Positions 1 to 6,289 of a stretch of DNA of 7,318 nucleotides are shown piece by piece. The stretch is from contig NW_021828917.1 of NCBI RefSeq assembly GCF_006345805.1, positions 1-7,318 on the forward strand, written 5' to 3'. Source of the stretch: Octopus sinensis. Its lineage: Eukaryota. The notes beneath the pieces are model-generated. The model did not search any database. It was not told the origin of the DNA and saw only the letters and a list, made by a program, of their open reading frames with translations. Positions within the stretch are counted from its first letter, which is position 1; each line of letters begins with the position of its first letter. The translations under genes were made by a program, and so were the position numbers.

Positions 1-60
1 TTGTGGAGTCTGATGTCCTGAAGACTATTAAGCGCTAATAAAATTCGATGTGCCATTTCA

Positions 61-134
61 TACGTATGTATTTATGTACAAATATATACATATACATATG
101 TATATATAATGTATATATATATATATATATACAT

Positions 135-180
<46 letters not shown>

Positions 181-530
181 ATATATATAGATATATATAC
201 ATATATATATATATATATACATGTATATATATATATGTATATATATATCTATATATATATAATATATATATACATACATACATACATGTATATATATGTA
301 TGTATACGTAATATATATGTATATATACATACATATGTATATATGCGTACGTATATACAAAAACATATATATACGGTCATAAATCTATCTCTCTATATAT
401 GTATATGTATATTGTATATACATATATGAATAATACATACATACATACATACATACAACTACATATACACAATCCACATACATCCATATATATATATATA
501 TATATATAGTTATATTATACAATAGATATA
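61..530. repeat. Compound (TA)n/(TACA)n/(TATG)n microsatellite
   Basis: Near-continuous TA dinucleotides with TACA/TATG interruptions; (TACA)n run at about 433-456. Confidence 0.97.
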
Positions 531-580
531 TACGGGAGGCGGCCACATTCTGTATGTATATATACATATACATACAGTAG

Positions 581-740
581 GCCGCTACGTTCTGAGTTCA
601 AATTCGCGCCGAGGTCGACTTTACCTTTCATCCTTTCGAGGTCAATGAAATGAGTACCAGTTCGCACTGGAGTCGATGTGATCGACTAGCTCCCTTCCCC
701 GTAAAAATTTTAAGGCCTTGTGCCTAGAGTAGAACCGATT
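581..740 (+). mobile_element. tRNA-derived SINE family A, 5'-truncated, tail type A
   Basis: B-box-like GAGTTCAAATTC (594-605) and core GCCGAGGTCGACTTTACCTTTCATCCTTTCGAGGTC are shared with five other copies in the window. Ends ...CCTTGTGCCTAGAGTAGAACCGATT. Resembles octopus OK/OR-type SINEs (from memory). Confidence 0.9.
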
Positions 741-742
741 AA

Positions 743-820
743 TTATATATATATATATATATATAATATATATAATATATATATATATATATATAATATA
801 TATATATATAATATATAACA
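743..820. repeat. (TA)n microsatellite
   Basis: Direct reading. Confidence 0.97.
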
Positions 821-822
821 CA

Positions 823-1020
823 TATGCTATGTTTGACCGCTGAACTCTACAAGTTTTTTTTAATCATTTTCTCTCTGTTTATTTTCTTTTATTCTTTTCT
901 GCTGAAGAGCGTAGGCTCGAAACATAAAGGACTTTTAAATTTTTCCCGAGCGTCGAACTAATCCACTTGCTAGTTGTTCATACACCTGTCTTCGCCTTTT
1001 GTTCTTCTATACATCCTACA
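823..1020 (+). mobile_element. Probable Penelope-like element terminal-repeat remnant
   Basis: About 200-bp island between two (TA)n tracts. It contains CTGAAGAGCGTAGGCTCGAAAC, the CTGA..GA...GAAAC signature typical of Penelope-like termini. No RT or GIY-YIG coding sequence is visible. Confidence 0.55.
893..931 (+). ncRNA. Degenerate type I hammerhead-like motif
   Basis: CUGCUGA (899-905) or CUGAAGA (902-908); helix II GAGC-GUAG-GCUC (907-918); GAAAC (919-923); then AUA rather than GUH; only a weak U-rich helix I. Confidence 0.4.
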
Positions 1021-1113
1021 ATATATATATATATATATATATATAGATATATATATATATATATATATAATTTATATATATATTATATATAATATTATGT
1101 ATAATTATATATC

Positions 1114-1147
<34 letters not shown>

Positions 1148-1153
1148 ATATAT
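1021..1153. repeat. (TA)n microsatellite
   Basis: Direct reading. Confidence 0.97.
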
Positions 1154-1250
1154 AAGGAGCTTCTACAGGACTATGTTTCATTCAGAGAAATCTTCAGGAT
1201 CACCTAAGATTTCTCTTGAATAAACAGTACTAGTCCTGTAGAAGCTCCTT
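1154..1250. repeat. 97-bp foldback hairpin (MITE-like or inverted Penelope-like tail)
   Basis: 1154-1173 AAGGAGCTTCTACAGGACTA is the exact reverse complement of 1231-1250. 1174-1194 pairs with 1206-1226 with two 1-nt bulges. GTAC bulge at 1227-1230; AGG/CCT closes a 4-nt loop. Confidence 0.9.
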
Positions 1251-1297
1251 CTATATAATATAATTTTACTCGCTATGTATGATTACCTTACTTATGT

Positions 1298-1327
1298 AAC
1301 CCCGATCAACCCCGGATCAACCCGACC
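1298..1327. repeat. Three imperfect direct repeats AACCC(C)G(G)ATC
   Basis: AACCCCGATC / AACCCCGGATC / AACCCGACC. Confidence 0.7.
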
Positions 1328-1328
<1 letters not shown>

Positions 1329-1363
<35 letters not shown>

Positions 1364-1489
1364 ATGTAATATATATATATATATAATTATATATATGTAT
1401 AGTATATGTATTATATATATATGTGTGTGTGTATATGTGTATATATATTATATATATATATATATATATAATATATATATTATATATAT

Positions 1490-1524
<35 letters not shown>
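1329..1524. repeat. (TA)n/(TG)n microsatellite
   Basis: Direct reading. Confidence 0.97.
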
Positions 1525-1530
<6 letters not shown>

Positions 1531-1855
1531 GGTTATCAGTAACAATAGCAGTCAATTATTCATAATTGTAGTATCCTACGCCGATGAGAAAAGAAGTTTG
1601 GGTAAGGTAGAATTTTCCTAATTCTTATGCTTTCCTAAACTTGATTTCGAAACGTACGTCCGTAGGTAACTTAAAATTGTATGATAGATTGCCGTCATTT
1701 CTTCTTTCTTACCTGTCTGTGTTTGCCTTCCAAGTGCTGTGTTTTTACTGAGATCTCCCTTTTAGTAGAAGGAATAGCTATATCTCTTTGACTGCTATTT
1801 CTAAATTCGGTGTGTTGGTAAGGCAATTCGTTGCTAAACCCTTAATTGCTTAGTA
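1525..1855 (+). mobile_element. Hammerhead-bearing Penelope/retrozyme-like island
   Basis: About 330-bp non-coding island between TA tracts. It carries the hammerhead fold at 1575-1666 and a 12-bp inverted repeat (1544-1555/1788-1799). Confidence 0.55.
1575..1666 (+). ncRNA. Type I hammerhead ribozyme fold (U4C variant)
   Basis: Helix I CCUACG (1575-1580)/CGUAGG (1661-1666); core CCGAUGA (1581-1587); helix II 1588-1648 closed by G-C; GAAA (1649-1652); helix III AC-GUAC-GU; cleavage triplet GUC (1658-1660). Confidence 0.85.
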
Positions 1856-1915
1856 TTATATACATATATAATATATATGTAATATATATATGTATATGTA
1901 TAATATATATATATC

Positions 1916-1950
<35 letters not shown>

Positions 1951-1959
1951 TATACACAT

Positions 1960-1994
<35 letters not shown>

Positions 1995-2020
1995 ACACAC
2001 ATATATATACACACACACAT
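1856..2020. repeat. (TA)n followed by (CA)n microsatellite
   Basis: Direct reading. Confidence 0.97.
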
Positions 2021-3107
2021 ACTGGCGATTCTTTTACATCTCTTTTAACAGGAACGGCTTGATGTATTAGTGACAACGGTGTTGGAGAGCATAAAGATTA
2101 ATGTTATAGTTGAGAAAAAATTAGCTGACTTGGAGGACTGGAATCCATCTGAAATTCAAAAAAGGGTTTTTGTATCATGTTGTGGGGTCAAAACGCCGAC
2201 ATCATGACTGCTGCTCAATGCTCTGTGAACACTGTAAAGGCTTTAAGGCGTCATATGGACATCTCTAAGGAGAGTACGAACCCGTGGCCAGCAGGAAAAA
2301 AACACAACAAGCGTTTTGACTGTCCGCACACCGGACGCAGTCAAAACTGTAGGATACGATGATGAAAGATCCGTCCAAGGCTATCCAGGTTTGGCGTGAG
2401 AAATGGGCGTTGGGGTCGCCAGCCTGTCCTGAGTGATGACCTTCGCTACCATTTACACAAGAGGCGCAAAGGACAAATTCTGACAGCCATAGCCAAGGAG
2501 AACCGCTTGATGAAAGGAAACTCCTGAACAAGGTGAGGCATCCTGTTGAGCCGGGGATGATCTGGTTTTTCTAAGACGAAAAAAAAAAGAAAGAACTTTC
2601 ACCAGGACCAGTTGCACAGCATCAAGAACAACAAAATCTATATGGGGTCCCACGTATCTTGGAAACCCAAATCCCACAGATAGTGATGGTCTTTGGGTAG
2701 ATTTTCAGTGAAGATGGTGTCATGCCGCCCCAAATCTTTGAACAGGGTCGTAGGCTCAATTCAGACGGCATTGTAAAACTGCTGGAGATTGTGATCAATC
2801 CCTGGCTGCAGAAGGTTGCTGCTGAAAGGCCATGTGTGTAGAAACAAGATTCGGCTTCTTGCCATACCACCGGAAAGAGTCAGATGAAGTCGTTAGAAAA
2901 TTTATACGACTTCACCGCTCCAGTTTCTCACCTAATTTACCGGCTTCTAACCTCATGGATTATTATGTATGGGACACGGTCGAGAACGACATCAACCGCT
3001 CTTCTTGCAACACAAAGGCCGAGCTGTTGGCAAAGATCAAGGTAGTATTCAAAGATCTTTCCAGGGGTACAGTAAAGAACACATGCACCAGGTTCTGGAG
3101 ATGTCTT
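2021..3107 (+). mobile_element. Decayed Tc1/mariner-superfamily DNA transposon, probably maT (DD37D), 3'-truncated
   Basis: About 100 bp of leader followed by transposase relics. No terminal inverted repeat pair could be found. Confidence 0.85.
2121..3107 (+). pseudogene. Transposase pseudogene (DDD triad, multiple stops and frameshifts)
   Basis: Stitched frames give ...QNADIMTAAQCSVNTVKALR..., DDLRYHLHKRRKGQILT..., GMIWFF*DE (D1, 2575-2577), VMVFG*IFSEDGVMPP, V*KQDSASCHT (D2, 2848-2850), PNLPASNLMDYYVW (D3, 2958-2960) and NTKAELLAKIK...RFWRCL. The D2-D3 distance is 110 nt versus 114 for DD37D. Confidence 0.9.
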
Positions 3108-3110
3108 ATG

Positions 3111-3129
3111 ACACAGCCACTCCTGCGCC
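3111..3129 (-). mobile_element. 5' head fragment of a second tRNA-derived SINE (family B)
   Basis: Reverse complement GGCGCAGGAGTGGCTGTGT has an A-box-like TGGCTGTGT. It matches, from memory, the head of the octopus SINE whose body lies at 3799-4094. The match is short. Confidence 0.55.
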
Positions 3130-3140
3130 TGTTATATCCT

Positions 3141-3192
3141 ATTATATATTATATATATATATATATATAGATATATTATATACTATTATATA
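3141..3192. repeat. (TA)n microsatellite
   Basis: Direct reading. Confidence 0.95.
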
Positions 3193-3230
3193 ATTAGGGT
3201 TCAGCAAAAAAAAATGCTCTACCACATACC

Positions 3231-3252
3231 GATTCTGCCAGCTCGCCGCCTT
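3231..3252 (-). mobile_element. SINE family A head fragment
   Basis: Reverse complement AAGGCGGCGAGCTGGCAGAATC matches 6305-6326 (AAGGCGGCGAGCTGGCAGAAAC) at 21 of 22 positions. Confidence 0.85.
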
Positions 3253-3433
3253 AATAATAATAATCCTTTTTTCTGGAAGGACGAGGCCTCAAATTTTGGG
3301 GAAGCGATTAAGTCGATTACATCGACTCCGGTACGCAACTGTACTTAATTTATCGACCTCGAAAGGATGAAAGGCAAAGTCGACCTCTACGGAATTTGAA
3401 ATGAGAACGTGACCACGGACGAAATGCTGCTAA

Positions 3434-3434
<1 letters not shown>
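3253..3434 (-). mobile_element. SINE family A, 5'-truncated, tail type A ending in (ATT)4
   Basis: Reverse complement CTTAGCAGCATTTCG...TTCAAATTCCGTAGAGGTCGACTTTGCCTTTCATCCTTTCGAGGTCGATAAATTAAGTAC...GGATTATTATTATT. Confidence 0.92.
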
Positions 3435-3469
<35 letters not shown>

Positions 3470-3491
3470 ATATATATATATAATATATATA

Positions 3492-3554
<63 letters not shown>

Positions 3555-3622
3555 ATATATATTATTTATATTATATATAGTATATAATATATATATATAT
3601 ATATATAATATAATATATATAT

Positions 3623-3659
<37 letters not shown>
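3435..3659. repeat. (TA)n microsatellite
   Basis: Direct reading. Confidence 0.97.
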
Positions 3660-3665
<6 letters not shown>

Positions 3666-3936
3666 CAGCATCGGTTGCCAAGCAATGCTAGGGGGACAAA
3701 CACAGACACACAAACACATACACACACACATATATATACATATACACGACGGACTTCTTTCAGTTTCCGTATACCAAATCCACTCACAAAGCATTGGTCC
3801 AATGCTTTGTGAGTGGATTTGGTATACGGAAACTGAAAGAAGTCCGTCGTGTATATGTATATATATGTGTGTGTGTATGTGTTTGTGTGTCTGTGTTTGT
3901 CCCCCTAGCATTGCTTGGCAACCGATGCTGGTGTGT
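3660..3936. repeat. Perfect palindrome: 138-bp arms, 1-nt spacer (T3798)
   Basis: Base-by-base check: 3660-3797 is the exact reverse complement of 3799-3936. The + and - ORFs (3685+, 3911-) translate identically across the palindrome. Confidence 0.97.
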
Positions 3937-4094
3937 TTACGTCCCCGTCACTTAGCGGTTCGGCAAAAGAGACTGATAGAATAAGTACTGGGCTTACAAA
4001 AGAATAAGTCCCGGGGTCGATTTGCTCGACTAAAGGCGGTGCTCCAGCATGGCCACAGTCAAATGACTGAAACAAGTAAAAGATTAAAAGAGTA
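3799..4094 (+). mobile_element. SINE family B body and 3' tail, 5'-truncated
   Basis: GTGAGTGGATTTGGTATACGGAAACTGAAAGAAG, an internal TA/TG tract, ...GGCGGTGCTCCAGCATGGCCACAGTC...TGACTGAAACAAG and a (TAAAAGA)-type tandem tail. Recognised as a common octopus SINE from memory. Confidence 0.8.
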
Positions 4095-4154
4095 TAGCTA
4101 CCGGAAGGCAATAAAATAGACATTAAAAAAAAGCAACGAAAGCAACAGAAGACT

Positions 4155-4194
4155 ACAACGACGACGACGTCGACAACAACAACATCAGCAACAA
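4155..4194. repeat. Degenerate (ACA/ACG)n trinucleotide tract
   Basis: ACAACGACGACGACGTCGACAACAACAACATCAGCAACAA. Confidence 0.8.
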
Positions 4195-4582
4195 AAATGA
4201 GTCTTTCAATTTAGTCTTTGTGATAGCGAGGAAAATGGTAAGTATTTGAGCGAAGTCTTGTTTATTTAATCAAAATTAAGCTTTGGAAAATTGTGATTGA
4301 TATCGATATAGCAGACAGTAGCCGAAGGCAGACTTTTATGGCTATTTATTGTTTGTTTAAGAGAAAAATAAAATAGTAATTAATCACTCCGAAAAAGCCT
4401 GAACATTTCTTGGTGAGTGGACATAATTAAATAAATATAAAATAATATAATTCAATATGATATAAAACAAATAATATAATATATATATATATGATATAAT
4501 ATGCAATAAAAAATAAATAATATCAATTCTCAAATACCTACCGATGGATCAGCAATAATACAACTCGATTTCCAATATGCAC

Positions 4583-4622
<40 letters not shown>

Positions 4623-4631
4623 TAATAATTA
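4583..4631. repeat. (AAT)n microsatellite, also the tail or target of the adjacent LINE
   Basis: Direct reading. Confidence 0.97.
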
Positions 4632-5117
4632 ATTCTTTTATTGGCCACAAGGGCTGACAAAAATTATAACATAAAGGGACAAAACACAGGACGAAAGGTT
4701 ACAAAGAGTTTTGTTCGTTTGAAAAATCCGTGTAAAAAAACAGTATAACAACGAAAATATTTAACAATGAAAAACTCCCAATGGGGGGAGGCGCTTCGAA
4801 AGGTTCCTGGTGGAAAAACCCATAAAAGCCACGGGACCCTGGTCAAAAGGTGGGTAGAGAGCCCCTTTCTCCTTTTGTAATACCTTTTTCTTACTGGTGT
4901 ATCCTCAGAATGGTTCCTTTCATACTGGCCATTCTTGCGACATTTATCCACCTTTCAGTAAACTTGCTATGAGACATCACTTCCCTCTCTACTCTCACCT
5001 TCCTTTTCAAGTGAAACTTGAAAAAGTTGATGAGGCCTGGGCCAAAGAGGAAAGTGTCTGACTTTAGCCCTTTTAAACAGGTCCACCATACCACCTCTTT
5101 CGCTACAGCCACTAGGC
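4632..5117 (-). mobile_element. 3' end of a Tx1/L1-clade-like non-LTR retrotransposon
   Basis: Minus-strand frame LVAVAKEVVWWTCLKG...FFKFHLKRKVRVERE...KFTERWINVARMA...HQ* (stop 4891-4893) resembles an L1/Tx1 ORF2 C-terminus (AK..IW...F...W pattern). It is followed by a 260-nt 3' UTR, AATAAA (4637-4642, minus strand) and an (ATT)n tail. Confidence 0.7.

Positions 5118-5168
<51 letters not shown>
5118..5168. repeat. (TAA)17 microsatellite
   Basis: Direct reading. Confidence 0.98.
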
Positions 5169-5407
5169 GTGCAAGAAGTGCAAAAGATTGTCTTAACTGG
5201 TACATCACACGTATTGAGAAGAGCATTGTCGATGTGAGAACTGTTGCTGCTCATGTATTTTAATTTAACTTAAAAAAAAAAAAATATGAACGAACTATTG
5301 AGTTTGGTTTAATGGCCTACCAATGTATACTATGAGTTTCTTTGCCCTAGGAGTCGGGAAGACACTCGGCAAGAAATGGAAGCAAATTTGAAAGAAGAAA
5401 AAAAAAA

Positions 5408-5408
<1 letters not shown>
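5169..5408 (+). mobile_element. 3' end of an R4/Dong-clade (RLE) non-LTR retrotransposon
   Basis: 5169-5237 reads VQEVQKIVLTGTSHVLRRALSM*, matching the QKxVLxGTxxILR C-terminal motif of R4/Dong proteins. A 3' UTR and A-rich end follow, with (TAA)n on both sides, the known Dong-type target. Confidence 0.75.

Positions 5409-5457
<49 letters not shown>
5409..5457. repeat. (TAA)n microsatellite
   Basis: Direct reading. Confidence 0.98.
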
Positions 5458-5612
5458 TTCAAATTTTTCCACGAGGGCAGCAGGTTTGGGGGAGGGGATG
5501 AGTCGGTTACATCGACTCCAGTACTTAAGTGGTATCGACCCCGAAAGGATTAAAGGCAAAGTCGACCTCGGCGGAATTTGACCTCAGGACGTAAAGACGG
5601 TCGAAATACCAC
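5458..5612 (-). mobile_element. SINE family A, 5'-truncated, small internal deletion, tail type A
   Basis: Reverse complement GGTATTTCGACCGTCTTTACGTCCTGAGGTCAAATTCCGCCGAGGTCGACTTTGCC...; about 9 nt (AAATTAAGT) is missing relative to the other copies. Confidence 0.92.
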
Positions 5613-5767
5613 ACATTTTTTATATGAAAATTAAACTTCCTTTTACGTTGATCAGGGTAACCTGCGTTCCTGATTTAGCTTCCAATAAATTTGCAATATA
5701 TTTGTATAATCTTCATGGCTGTTGATTCCAGAGTCTTCTACGACTAACTCGTGTGTAAGTTCGATTA

Positions 5768-5935
5768 TTTTCTGCGCGCGTAAGCGAAATTAGGGCATCG
5801 TAGTTGATCGTCTTAGCCGGTTTGTCTGTGTGTTTGCAAAGTTACTGGAAAACGGCTGAACAGATTTTCACCAAATTTGGCAGAAATACTCATTGGGGAG
5901 TGACTCGAACTCATTAAATTTTGGCGGACGGGTGA
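5768..5935 (+). mobile_element. Possible Helentron-associated (HINE/DINE-1-like) non-autonomous element fragment
   Basis: T-rich start, then GTTTGTCTGTGTGTTTGCAAAGTTACTGGAAAACGGCTGAACAGATTTTCACCAAATTTGGCAG and ATTAAATTTTGG, which resemble the core of widespread HINE-like repeats. Recognition is from memory only. Confidence 0.45.
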
Positions 5936-6289
5936 ATAAAAATGTTTTTTTTTTAAATTTTAATACATATGCTAAGCGATAAGCAGGGGAAATAACTCTT
6001 GATGTAATTTTGATGTTGAAGTAGGAATTCGTCTGAGAATATATTAAATTAAATTTTATCTTTTCTGCCCCTCCGATGCTTCTCCCAATCATCATATTTT
6101 TTTTCAATATTTAAAACCACTACTATTGCTTCGACACACTTTTATAGTGCAAATTTGCTTGAATATGGCTTCACCTTCTGTAAATGACTGTTTTATTTAC
6201 GGATGAGTTTGACTACGAAAAAAGGTTCAGTGAAGCTGATTGTCGTTCTTTGGAGTAAAAGTTGACATAGGAATGATTTATCTTCTTAC

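Noticed and set aside
10-56. CUGAAGA (18-24) plus a TATTA/TAATA stem as a fourth hammerhead
   Set aside because: No GAAA, no NUH site and no helix I; the window edge also limits context.
550-577. 11-bp hairpin CTGTATGTATA/TATACATACAG
   Set aside because: It is expected from adjacent TATG/TACA microsatellites.
35-1565. Many Y/I-rich ORFs on both strands
   Set aside because: They are translations of (TA)n/(TACA)n microsatellites, which lack stop codons in some frames.
2265-2870. Minus-strand ORFs
   Set aside because: They are antisense to the transposase pseudogene with no recognisable domain.
2021-3140. Terminal inverted repeats for the mariner-like element
   Set aside because: No convincing pair; the right end is replaced by a SINE head fragment.
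3387-3984. Two ORFs with an identical 84-aa N-terminus (MLGGQTQ...)
   Set aside because: This is a consequence of the perfect palindrome and internal microsatellites, not a gene pair.
4880-4908. Minus-strand CUGAGGA...GAAA
   Set aside because: It overlaps the LINE stop codon, helix III is only 1 bp and there is no helix I.
5018-5559. Poly-Ile ORFs
   Set aside because: They are (AAT)n/(ATT)n translations. Only the LINE C-terminal relics in this region are meaningful.
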